Source: an uncultured Acidimicrobiia bacterium
GTDB taxonomy: Bacteria > Acidobacteriota > Terriglobia > Versatilivoradales > Versatilivoraceae
Length of the DNA stretch: 64,000 nt
Assembly (NCBI GenBank): GCA_963786955.1
Contig: CAWBAT010000002.1
Span: 96,001-160,000 of the forward strand
Direction of reading: 5' to 3'
This document shows, one piece after another, positions 48,999 through 58,471 of this stretch; the first letter of the stretch is position 1, and the number at the start of each line of letters is the position of its first letter. Made by a program: the position numbers and the translations under genes. The notes under the pieces are model-generated. The model saw nothing but the letters and a program-made list of their open reading frames with translations. It was not told the DNA's origin and did not search any database.

Positions 48999-50288
48999 AT
49001 GAAAATTCTTTATATCACTGCTGGAGCGGCAGGAATGTATTGCGGTAGTTGTCTCTTGGATAATGCCTTAGCCGCTGAGATGATGGCCCAGCGCCATGAT
49101 GTGATTCTGTTGCCAGTCTATACACCGACGCGGACGGATGACAAGAATGTAAGTCACCAGCGTGTATTTTTTAGCGGCATTAGTATTTACTTGGAGCAGT
49201 ATCTGTCTTTCTTTCGGAAGACCCCTTGGCTGGTTGATCGCCTTTGGGAGTCTTCGTGGCTCCTCAAGATGTTTTCCGGAAGGGGAATTTCCCCGGATCC
49301 AACGCTGTTGGGGGAACTCACCGTGTCCATGCTAAAAGGGGAAGCGGGAAATTTGAAAAAAGAATTTCAGAAACTGGCGGAATGGGTTCGGACCGAGATC
49401 CCTCCGGATATGATTCACTTACCCAATTCCCTGCTGATCAGTATGGCGAGGCCCATTCGTGAGGTTCTGCAACGACCCGTCTGCTGCACTATCCAAGGAG
49501 AGGATCTCTTTATCAGCCGTCTTCAAGAACAGTACCGTCAGCAAGCGGTAGATCTTATTTCCTCACAGGTTCAGTTTGTGGATGCTTTCATATTTTCTAA
49601 TGATTCTTATGCGGATCAGATGTCCCGACTTTTCTCGATCCCTCAAAGCAAGGTGTTCACGATCCCTTTCGGGATCAATCTCTCCAGCTTTTCCAGCCAG
49701 GCTCGCACCACTTCTTCCCCGTTTACCGTGGGCTTCTTTGCCCGAATCGCCCCGGAAAAGGGGTTGCACGTCCTAAGTGGCGCTTATTGCCAGTTGCGGA
49801 AGAAAGGGCTTCTGCCAAAATCGAAGCTGGAGGTTGGTGGCTACTTGGGAGCTGAGCAGCGGAGCTATCTGAATGAAATTGTCGAGACGATGCGGCAAGC
49901 GGGATTGTCGAGCGAATTTCAGTATCACGGAGCTCTCGGGAAGACAGAGAAGGCCAACTTTTACAGAACGCTGGATGTTTTTTCGCTCCCCGCGATTTAT
50001 GACGAACCCAAGGGGCTGTCTGCGCTTGAAGCAATGGCCAGCGGTGTACCGGTTTTGCTCCCCCGGCGCGGCGCCTTTATTGAGATGATCGAAAAGACCT
50101 CAGGCGGCCTCCTGTACAATCCCGAGGATCATGACAGTTTGGCGCAAGCCATCCATCGGGTATATTCGGACCGCGCCATGGCACAAGTGCTCGCTGTCAA
50201 TGGACTGAAAGGGGTTAGGGAACACTATAGCATCGCGCGCATGGCCCACAATGTCTTGGGAGTTTACCAGAAATTGGGAGGAAGCTAG
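48999..50288 (+). CDS. GT4 glycosyltransferase with N-terminal CxxC motif
   Basis: MKILYITAGAAGMYCGSC; ARIAPEKG; EPKGLSALEAMASGVP (E-x7-E). Confidence 0.9.
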   Translation: MKILYITAGAAGMYCGSCLLDNALAAEMMAQRHDVILLPVYTPTRTDDKNVSHQRVFFSGISIYLEQYLSFFRKTPWLVDRLWESSWLLKMFSGRGISPDPTLLGELTVSMLKGEAGNLKKEFQKLAEWVRTEIPPDMIHLPNSLLISMARPIREVLQRPVCCTIQGEDLFISRLQEQYRQQAVDLISSQVQFVDAFIFSNDSYADQMSRLFSIPQSKVFTIPFGINLSSFSSQARTTSSPFTVGFFARIAPEKGLHVLSGAYCQLRKKGLLPKSKLEVGGYLGAEQRSYLNEIVETMRQAGLSSEFQYHGALGKTEKANFYRTLDVFSLPAIYDEPKGLSALEAMASGVPVLLPRRGAFIEMIEKTSGGLLYNPEDHDSLAQAIHRVYSDRAMAQVLAVNGLKGVREHYSIARMAHNVLGVYQKLGGS

Positions 50289-50295
50289 TCCTTAG

Positions 50296-50436
50296 TACTG
50301 CGCTTCAGAAATTCGTTGACGTTAACGCCGGGTCGGTGACCCGGCCTACACCTTTGTAGGCTTGGGGCTTTCTCAAAGCCCCAACCTCACCCGGCGCCTA
50401 TCTCGAGATACGTAACCGTATTTATGAAGCAGAGTA
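50296..50436. mobile_element. MITE/REPIN, copy 2 (~141 bp)
   Basis: tactgcgcttcagaaat...atttatgaagcagagta TIRs; core nearly identical to 18439-18580. Confidence 0.8.
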
Positions 50437-50610
50437 CTGAGCGGCAGAAGTCCATGTTGGTGCTGCGTAAACGCTGGGGCCGGCCGCGATCTACCTCCCC
50501 GGCTGCAGAAGTTACCGCAAAATGATGTACCTTAAAATGAGCGGGACGAAATTGCATGGGTACCTTGAAACAACAGCCCGCCGAACGGCGCCTAAGAAAG
50601 GAAGCCATCA

Positions 50611-51276
50611 TTGCTTGAAATTGACAACCTGAGCAAAAGCTATCCGTCTCCGCAAGGAATCCTGCCGGTGCTTTCGGATATTTCTCTGACGTTACGTTCC
50701 GGAGACGCTGTTTCCATTATGGGTCCCTCAGGCAGTGGCAAGAGTACGCTACTCTATATTCTTGGTGCCCTGGAACCGCCAACTCAAGGCACCGTGCAGT
50801 TGGACGGAGTGAACCCATTCCAACTTCGCGAACTCGAGCTTTCTCGCTTTCGGAACCAAAAAATCGGGTTTATTTTTCAAGATCATTGTCTCTTGCCGCA
50901 ATGCAACGTGCTCGAAAACGTTCTTATTCCATCGCTGGTTGCCCCGGGCAGATTTGATTATCGGCAACGCGCCCAGGACCTATTGGAGAAGGTCGGTTTG
51001 AGTGACCGCCTGGAACATCTTCCTGCTGAACTTTCCGGGGGCGAAAAACAACGCGTTGCTTTGGCCCGTGCTCTCATCTGCAAGCCTTCCCTACTCCTTT
51101 GTGATGAGCCGACAGGAAATCTGGACCGCCTGTCAGCGGAAAGTGTGACAACGTTGTTACTCGATATCCATCGTCGTGAGAGCGACATTCTCATCTTCGT
51201 GACTCACAACCCGGACTTGGCTGCCAGGTTTCCGCTCCGCTTTACCATGCACGACCGGCAACTGGAAGGGATGTAG
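50611..51276 (+). CDS. ABC transporter ATP-binding protein (LolD/MacB-type)
   Basis: [37 protein letters not shown]. Confidence 0.93.
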   Translation: MLEIDNLSKSYPSPQGILPVLSDISLTLRSGDAVSIMGPSGSGKSTLLYILGALEPPTQGTVQLDGVNPFQLRELELSRFRNQKIGFIFQDHCLLPQCNVLENVLIPSLVAPGRFDYRQRAQDLLEKVGLSDRLEHLPAELSGGEKQRVALARALICKPSLLLCDEPTGNLDRLSAESVTTLLLDIHRRESDILIFVTHNPDLAARFPLRFTMHDRQLEGM

Positions 51277-51304
51277 ATCGTTACACGGTATCGAAATATT
51301 CTTC

Positions 51305-54300
51305 ATGCAAATCCATCATCTCGTTTTTCGAAACTTGAGATATTTTTGGAGAACTAACCTCGCGGTGGTTCTGGGAGTGGCCACCGCCGTGTCAGTGCTC
51401 TCAGGAGCCCTCCTGGTAGGGGATTCAGTCCGTGGCAGTCTCCATGACCTCATTTTGAAGCGCATAGGGCAGACCGATTATGTCATCTCCAGTTCAGGCT
51501 ACTTTGGGGAGTCCCTCTCTGTGCGCCTCAAGCAACACCCTTCATTTACGACCGCCTTCGGAGATGCTTGCCCCATGATCGTAAAAGAAGGAATAGCAAC
51601 GCATCAGGAAAATCGGAGACGTGTAAATGACGTCCGAATTTACGGCATTAATGCGGAATTCTGGAGTTTTAACCTCCTCAATAGATCTCCGGGAGAGGTC
51701 AATGGGCGAAACGTTTTGATTGGTTCGGGCCTGGCCAATGAACTAGGAGCGAAGCGAGGCGATTCAATTCTCTTGCGTTTGGAAGCCCCCGATGAAATTC
51801 CCCTCGAGTATTTGCAGGGGAGAAAAGAGAAACTGGGGAAGACCCTTCGTGTCCAAGTTTCCGATATTCTTTCCAATGATCAGCTGGGCTCCTTTGCGCT
51901 CCGCCCTACCCAGGGAGTGGTTCATACAGTCTTCATTTCGCTGTCTTTTCTGCAACACGAGCTTGAGTGCGAACGACAAGCCAATACAATCCTAATTTCT
52001 GAGAATCCGGTTTCATCCGGAACGCTCGGGGCTGATTTTTCAACTCATGAACAAAATCTTCAAGTCGCCCTCCGGGAAAGGGCCAATTTGGACGATCTGG
52101 CACTCAGGCTCCGTTTGAATGAAGATCGAGGGTATTTTACACTTGAAAGCGCTTCGACCCTCCTCACGGAGAGTCAAGCGGCAATGGCTCAGAGCCTGGC
52201 TGCATCTGCGGGGATACTGGCATCCCCCCTCTTCACCTACCTGGCAAATAGCATCGATCATGACAGCCGGAGGGTCCCCTACTCCCTCGTTTCAGGGCTC
52301 GCAAAGCCATTGTTTGATGAGTTGCAAGCAAACTGCAACCAGCAGGCCAAGCCATATACCCAGGCTGCCGGTTCTCCCCCAGGCGTTCCTGTAGAAAGAA
52401 GGAACTCAGCGGGCACTCTCCCGCTTCCTCCTATTATTTTAAACAACTGGACAGCTGAGGATTTGGGCTCATCGCCGGGTGATACCATAACTCTTGAATA
52501 TTTTGTTTGGGAGGAAAACGGCCTCCTAGCCACAAAGACCACAGATTTCTGCCTGCAAGCCATAGTGCCGATCCGTGAGTTGGCGGCTGATCGCGATCTG
52601 GCGCCGGAATACCCAGGCATCAGTGACTCTGAGAATCTTTCTGATTGGGACCCTCCATTTCCTTTGGATCTCCGCAGGATTCGGCCGAAGGACGAAGAAT
52701 ACTGGAAGAAATTCAAAACGACACCCAAAGGATTTATTCCTTTGGAAATTGCCCAACAACTCTGGAAATCACGCTTCGGTGCTTTCACATCCGTCAGGTT
52801 CTATCCGCCCGAGACCATGAGCCACTCGTCTGTGGGATATCCGGTCCGACCGTTAAACTTAGCAAATTTGGCAGATCATTTTGCAGGAAAACTCACGCCA
52901 CTCGTCACACAAAACCTTTCTACCTTCTCCATTTGGCCGCTGCGGCAGGATGGTGTCCGGGCATCAGAGGGGGCTACGGATTTTGGAGCTTATTTTACCT
53001 ATTTCAGTTTTTTCCTGGTACTTTCGGCAGTGGCTCTGGCAGGACTATTCTTCCGGTTTGGGTTAGAGCAGCGAATCCGGGAAATTGGGATCCTCCGATC
53101 ACTGGGATTCTCCATCAGTGCGATTAAACGTGTCTTCCTGATCGAAGGAATTGTGATTTCTACACTGGGGGGGATGCTGGGAATCATCGGCGCATGGGGG
53201 TTTAGTCAGGTGGTTGTTCATGGTTTGAAAACCTGGTGGATCGGAGCCGTACACACAAAAGAACTTTCAGTCCATATTACTTCGTTCCCTTTGTGGATCG
53301 GCTTCGTGAGCGGGGGTGCTTCCGCTTCGCTCGTCATTTTGTTTTCCCTTCGAATGCTTGGTGCTTCCTCTCCGCGCACCCTTTTATCAGGGGGCTGGTT
53401 TACGTTTCCACCGTTCTCACCGCAAGGAGCGACCGAAAAAGATTTACTGGCCTCCGCATTCAAAAACGGTACCTACATTTCTGCCCATTCCCAGTGGAGG
53501 TATTTTTTGCCGGCTTTTATATTTACCCTTATCGGACTGCTCCTTTTAATTGCCTCTAGAACTGGAATCATGAGCCAAACACTTGGTTTTTTCAGTGCCG
53601 GGATGGCCTTTTTGATTGCAGTACTCTCTGCAATATATTGCTGGCTCCGACATGTTCGAGGAAAGGGACTCGCCCCTCATCCCCCATGGGCTCTGGCCGC
53701 TTTGGGATTGCGAAACCTCAGGCACCGGCCTGCCCGAAGCCTTTTTAGCATTGCCTTGATTGCCGTCGCCACTTTTATCATTGTTTCAGTGGATGCGTTT
53801 CGTCAGGTGGACCACGGCAGTTCGATCGACAAGAAGTCAGGCACAGGTGGCTTTCCACTCCAGGCCGAATCGCTCTTACCCATCGTTTTCAATCTCAATC
53901 AAGCAGCAAGCCGCAGGGCCTTGAACCTCGAGGTCTTAAACACGCCGGAATTTGGCAGAACACGAATCGATCGATTCCGAGTTCGCCCCGGGGACGATAC
54001 GAGCTGCCTCAACTTATACCTGCCACGAAATCCGCGCATCTTGGCTCCAACTTCGGACTTCTTGGCCGAGAATCGTTTCACATTTCATTCATCTTTGGCG
54101 TCAAGTCCAGAGGAAATCGCCAACCCGTGGCTTCTATTGACACGAGCGTTCGATGCGGAGGTTATTCCGGCGATCGTGGACCGCAACTCCTTGAATTACA
54201 CTTTACATCTCAAATTGGGAGACGTACTCATCTTGAACCGTGCCGATGGCAGTAAGATTCGGCTTCGAATCATGGGGGTCTTGGCGGACAGCCTATTTCA

Positions 54301-54877
54301 GAGTGAAATGTTGATTTCCGAAACAAATTTCTTAAAACTCTTTCCGCAGGAACAGGGGTACCGATTTTTTCTGATCGACCCGCCGCGCGCAGAACTTTCC
54401 CCGCTCATTGAAACACTTGAAGAGCGGCTTTCACAATATGGCTTTGACGTCAGCTATACGTCTGACCGGCTGGCACATTTTCACCAGGTGGAGAACACTT
54501 ATCTCTCCACGTTTCAGTCTCTGGGCGGACTGGGTCTTTTGCTTGGGAGTTTTGGGCTGGTGGCAGTTCTGCTGCGCAATATTGTGGAAAGCAGGCGGCA
54601 ATTAGGGCTTTTGAGAGCCGTCGGGTATACTTCGAGGCATTTGATCACGATGGTTTCCAGCGAAAACATCATCCTTCTATCCTTGGGGCTGGCCGCCGGA
54701 ACTCTATGCGCACTCGTGGCGATTATTCCGGCTATTTTGGAGCGAGGAGGACAATTCCCCAGTTATAGTTTTGCCTGGCTGGTTCCTTCTATCCTAGTGA
54801 CGGGAGCCATCTCTTCCCTCTTTGCGGCCTCTTCAGTTTTGCGTATCTCTCTGGTAACCGTTTTAAAGAGTGAGTAG
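51305..54877 (+). CDS. Large duplicated FtsX/MacB-type ABC permease
   Basis: Two FtsX halves (QRIREIGILRSLGF; SRRQLGLLRAVGY) with large periplasmic domains; 1190 aa. Confidence 0.88.
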   Translation: MQIHHLVFRNLRYFWRTNLAVVLGVATAVSVLSGALLVGDSVRGSLHDLILKRIGQTDYVISSSGYFGESLSVRLKQHPSFTTAFGDACPMIVKEGIATHQENRRRVNDVRIYGINAEFWSFNLLNRSPGEVNGRNVLIGSGLANELGAKRGDSILLRLEAPDEIPLEYLQGRKEKLGKTLRVQVSDILSNDQLGSFALRPTQGVVHTVFISLSFLQHELECERQANTILISENPVSSGTLGADFSTHEQNLQVALRERANLDDLALRLRLNEDRGYFTLESASTLLTESQAAMAQSLAASAGILASPLFTYLANSIDHDSRRVPYSLVSGLAKPLFDELQANCNQQAKPYTQAAGSPPGVPVERRNSAGTLPLPPIILNNWTAEDLGSSPGDTITLEYFVWEENGLLATKTTDFCLQAIVPIRELAADRDLAPEYPGISDSENLSDWDPPFPLDLRRIRPKDEEYWKKFKTTPKGFIPLEIAQQLWKSRFGAFTSVRFYPPETMSHSSVGYPVRPLNLANLADHFAGKLTPLVTQNLSTFSIWPLRQDGVRASEGATDFGAYFTYFSFFLVLSAVALAGLFFRFGLEQRIREIGILRSLGFSISAIKRVFLIEGIVISTLGGMLGIIGAWGFSQVVVHGLKTWWIGAVHTKELSVHITSFPLWIGFVSGGASASLVILFSLRMLGASSPRTLLSGGWFTFPPFSPQGATEKDLLASAFKNGTYISAHSQWRYFLPAFIFTLIGLLLLIASRTGIMSQTLGFFSAGMAFLIAVLSAIYCWLRHVRGKGLAPHPPWALAALGLRNLRHRPARSLFSIALIAVATFIIVSVDAFRQVDHGSSIDKKSGTGGFPLQAESLLPIVFNLNQAASRRALNLEVLNTPEFGRTRIDRFRVRPGDDTSCLNLYLPRNPRILAPTSDFLAENRFTFHSSLASSPEEIANPWLLLTRAFDAEVIPAIVDRNSLNYTLHLKLGDVLILNRADGSKIRLRIMGVLADSLFQSEMLISETNFLKLFPQEQGYRFFLIDPPRAELSPLIETLEERLSQYGFDVSYTSDRLAHFHQVENTYLSTFQSLGGLGLLLGSFGLVAVLLRNIVESRRQLGLLRAVGYTSRHLITMVSSENIILLSLGLAAGTLCALVAIIPAILERGGQFPSYSFAWLVPSILVTGAISSLFAASSVLRISLVTVLKSE

Positions 54878-54947
54878 AATTGGACTTCCACAAGTTCCGG
54901 TAGTATTGGTAAATTGATTTCAATTTATTTTTGAAAGGAGGGACACA

Positions 54948-56204
54948 TTGATTCAACGTGCCGACTGGCGTCAGGCTTTCTTTCTCTTGATCATCGGTAC
55001 CGTCTTATTAGGAGCTACTTTTCCGGATAAGAACGAAGTGCCTGGAGAGTGGCCTCAATGGCGAGGTCCAAATCGCGACGGGGTTTCCCGGGAATCCGGC
55101 TTGCTGAAGGAATGGCCCTCGGCTGGCCCTCCCCTGGTCTGGAAAACCCAAGGACTCGGAAATGGCTATTCCACAGTGGCTGTGTCAAAAGGACGCATAT
55201 ACACCATGGGAGTTCGAGGAGACCAAGAGTTCATCATGTCAATCGATGTGAAGGATGGAAAACTCCTTTGGGAGCGGTCTCATGGATCACGTTTTGTAAA
55301 TGATCAAGGGGACGGGCCGAGAAGCACACCCACGGTCGATGGAAATTTCCTCTATGCCCTGGGTGGGAATGGCGACCTCTCTTGCCTGGAATTGAAAGAC
55401 GGGAAAACCGTATGGACGATGAACGTTCTCCAAAAGTTTGAAGGCACCAACACCCATTGGGGGATCAGTGAGTCTCCTTTAATTGTGGGCGACCGACTCC
55501 TAGTGACTCCCGGAGGCAAGAACGCGGCGATTGTGGCTCTCGATAAGCAAGACGGCTCTGTCATCTGGAAAAGCCAAAGCGACCGCCCAGGATATTCCTC
55601 TGGCGTCTACACGGAACTCGGCGGGATTCCAGAGGCCATATTCTTTACCGGGTCGCGCGGTCTTGGAGTTGACGTCCGGAATGGAGACTTGCTGTGGGAA
55701 TATTCCCAGGCGTCCAATCGAACCGCGAATATCGCAACTCCTATTGTCAGTGGAAACTATGTATTTCTTTCCTCCGACTATGGTACTGGTTGTGCACTTC
55801 TGGCGCTTGTTCCCAGTGAGGGAAAAATCAAGGCTCGAGAAATTTACTTTAACCAGGAAATGAAAAACCATCATTCCAGTTCAGTTCTCGTAGACGGAAC
55901 CTTGTACGGTTTTTCCAGTGCCATCTTAACGGCCATGCGTTTCAATGACGGTCATGTATTCTGGAAGGATCGAAGTGTCGGCAAAGGGTCCTTGACCTAC
56001 GCGGATGGGCATTTGTACTGCTTCAGTGAGAAGGGGGTGGTCGGGCTGGTAGAAGCCAACCCCGAAGCCTATAAAGAAAAAGGGAGGTTCTCAATCTCCC
56101 AGGAAACCCTACCGACCTGGAGCCATCCGGTAGTCGCTGGAGGACGGCTATACTTGCGGGATCAGGGCACTTTATATAGTTATGACATAAAAGAGAAGCA
56201 GTGA
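54948..56204 (+). CDS. PQQ-binding-like beta-propeller protein
   Basis: Signal peptide; WPQWRGPNRDG, GPRSTP, WSHPVV..GRLYLRD; RBS aaggagg. Confidence 0.88.
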   Translation: MIQRADWRQAFFLLIIGTVLLGATFPDKNEVPGEWPQWRGPNRDGVSRESGLLKEWPSAGPPLVWKTQGLGNGYSTVAVSKGRIYTMGVRGDQEFIMSIDVKDGKLLWERSHGSRFVNDQGDGPRSTPTVDGNFLYALGGNGDLSCLELKDGKTVWTMNVLQKFEGTNTHWGISESPLIVGDRLLVTPGGKNAAIVALDKQDGSVIWKSQSDRPGYSSGVYTELGGIPEAIFFTGSRGLGVDVRNGDLLWEYSQASNRTANIATPIVSGNYVFLSSDYGTGCALLALVPSEGKIKAREIYFNQEMKNHHSSSVLVDGTLYGFSSAILTAMRFNDGHVFWKDRSVGKGSLTYADGHLYCFSEKGVVGLVEANPEAYKEKGRFSISQETLPTWSHPVVAGGRLYLRDQGTLYSYDIKEKQ

Positions 56205-56398
56205 TTCTGTGTCAAGCAAACGAATGGGGTTTGTGGGGCGGTCTCGTTGATACCTCCGCAGAAATTGTCCCCCTTCGTCAAGGGGGACTCGCGGGGGGTT
56301 GGTAGGGTGGTCTCGCTGAGACCCCCCTTACTGATATCTGACTCTTTCAATGCGCTCGATGAGCGTGCTCGGCCTTTTAGAGGAGAATGAGAGATTTG

Positions 56399-57664
56399 AT
56401 GAAAAAGATCGTTTTATTTCTGGCAGTCCTGCTGACAACCATCCCGGACCTCTCTTTTTGCGAAAATTGGCCACAGTGGCGCGGACCCAGCCTGAACGGG
56501 GTGAGTGTCGAAGACAATTTACCGGTCCGTTGGAGCAATGAGAAGAACATCCTTTGGAAGCTGGCTTTGCCTGAACGAAGTGGTGCCACGCCTATCATCT
56601 GGGGAGAGACTATCTTTTTGAATATTGCCGAAGCGGACGTGCTTTCCTTGTGGGCAGTGAACCGAAAAGACGGCAGTGTGCTTTGGAAACGTCCGCTGGG
56701 CAGCGGAAATATCCGGATGAATAAGCAAAACATGTCTTCCCCCTCACCCGTGACAGATGGCCTGAATGTTTATGTCATGACGGGTACCGGTATTTTAAAA
56801 GGTTTTGATTTTGCAGGAAAAGAATTATGGGTAAGAGATATTCAGCAGGATTATGGGAAGTTTGGCTTAAATTGGGGCTATGCCTCCTCGCCCCTGCTTT
56901 ACGGTGATTCTCTCTATGTTCAGGTTTTACATGGAATGAAAACTGATGCCCCATCGTATTTGCTGCGAATACACAAGAAAACGGGAAGGTCCGTTTGGAA
57001 AGTGGAACGCCCGACACCAGCGATTACGGAATCACCCGATTCATACACGACACCCACGCTGGTCCGCCATTCGGCTGAAGTCGAGATTGTTGTGACGGGT
57101 GGTGATTGCATGACCGGCCACGACCCAGAGACAGGAAAAGAGCTTTGGCGGGCGAACGGTTTCAATCCTGACAATGACCCCTTTCACCGGATTATTGCTT
57201 CTCCGGTAGTTGCGGACGAAATTATTTACGCCCCGACTAAGGTTCGTCCTTTAATGGCGTTTCGTTCCGGTGGCCGCGGCGATATCAGCCAATCTCATCT
57301 TCTGTGGTCATTTCAAAATGGGCCGGACGTTCCATCTCCGGTGAGCGACGGCAAGTACTTCTTCAGTGTCAATGACAAGGGAATAGCATGGTGTCTCGAT
57401 GCCAAGACCGGGAAAGAAATCTGGGGGCCACAACGGCTAACGCCCGCCATTTATAGTGCTTCTCCAGTTTTGGCGAATGGTAAACTTTATGTCATCAACG
57501 AAGAAGGGTTAACCACCGTACTTAAGGCCGGGCCCACTTTTGAAATTGTAGCCGAGAATCCACTCAACGATTACACACTCAGTTCCCCAGCCATTTCTAA
57601 CGGCCACATTTATATTCGGACCGCCAAATATCTTTACTGTATCGGGAAACCCGGAAATCGCTAA
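56399..57664 (+). CDS. PQQ-binding-like beta-propeller protein
   Basis: Signal MKKIVLF; NWPQWRGP; SSP repeats; LYCIG. Confidence 0.88.
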   Translation: MKKIVLFLAVLLTTIPDLSFCENWPQWRGPSLNGVSVEDNLPVRWSNEKNILWKLALPERSGATPIIWGETIFLNIAEADVLSLWAVNRKDGSVLWKRPLGSGNIRMNKQNMSSPSPVTDGLNVYVMTGTGILKGFDFAGKELWVRDIQQDYGKFGLNWGYASSPLLYGDSLYVQVLHGMKTDAPSYLLRIHKKTGRSVWKVERPTPAITESPDSYTTPTLVRHSAEVEIVVTGGDCMTGHDPETGKELWRANGFNPDNDPFHRIIASPVVADEIIYAPTKVRPLMAFRSGGRGDISQSHLLWSFQNGPDVPSPVSDGKYFFSVNDKGIAWCLDAKTGKEIWGPQRLTPAIYSASPVLANGKLYVINEEGLTTVLKAGPTFEIVAENPLNDYTLSSPAISNGHIYIRTAKYLYCIGKPGNR

Positions 57665-58005
57665 ACCTGGAATTTGAAATTGCTTTTGCGTCGTCTGGTT
57701 GAGCGGGCCCACACGCGCGTTCTACCCAATAGGCTCGTGAAGTGCAAGAAGACGTTGTAGCGAGGCTCTATGAGCGCCGACCTCATTGCTTTCCCAACAG
57801 CGGGCTGATCACTCCATTCCCTCTTCGAAGCAGGCTGTTGGAGATGTCTGGATCAAAGTGGTAGCCACGATGAATATGTTTGCGGCATTCATCGTGGGCT
57901 TTTCTTCGCCATCCAGCGGAGTGCACTCCCCCCTCACCCCCGGCCCCTCTCCCGCACTCGTTGGGGCGAGGGGTTGCAGGTATTCAACTATTGGGCGCTG
58001 ACAAA

Positions 58006-58455
58006 TTACGAAGAAGGTTTGAAATAAAGCACCATTCCGGCGCCCACCGATACTAAGAGAAATCCCAAGTACAGCAAGGGATTCGGCGAAGTCTTGGGAG
58101 GATGGAGCCACATGGAATACAATACATTCACCAGCGGTGCTCCGCCGAAGACCAGCGGCATCACATAAGTGGGCGTCCCACCAAATTTAAACGCCCAGAT
58201 AATGCAGATTGCCCCTAGCGCACCCAGCCCTCCGGCAACAGTAGCCCCAACAGTTCCACTCCAATTGAAGTTTTTCAATCCACCCTGAGAGGAGAGCGTC
58301 ACAGCAGGTACCAAAACCCCCATGAGGAAATAAGCGAATCCCACACAAAGTAAGGCCTTCATGGGATTGCCGAGCTGAACTTGACCCCGATGGAGTGAGG
58401 GCCCATACAGCCCCCATGAAACAACTGCACCTAAGACAAAAATGAGCCATGTCAT
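58006..58455 (-). CDS. Small 5-TM membrane protein (DMT/EamA-like)
   Basis: SWGLYGP.LH.G, GALGA, VMPLVFGGAPLVN; RBS aggag; start refined to MTWLIF. Confidence 0.75.
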   Translation of the reverse strand: MTWLIFVLGAVVSWGLYGPSLHRGQVQLGNPMKALLCVGFAYFLMGVLVPAVTLSSQGGLKNFNWSGTVGATVAGGLGALGAICIIWAFKFGGTPTYVMPLVFGGAPLVNVLYSMWLHPPKTSPNPLLYLGFLLVSVGAGMVLYFKPSS

Positions 58456-58471
58456 ACTCGTCCGTCTCCTT

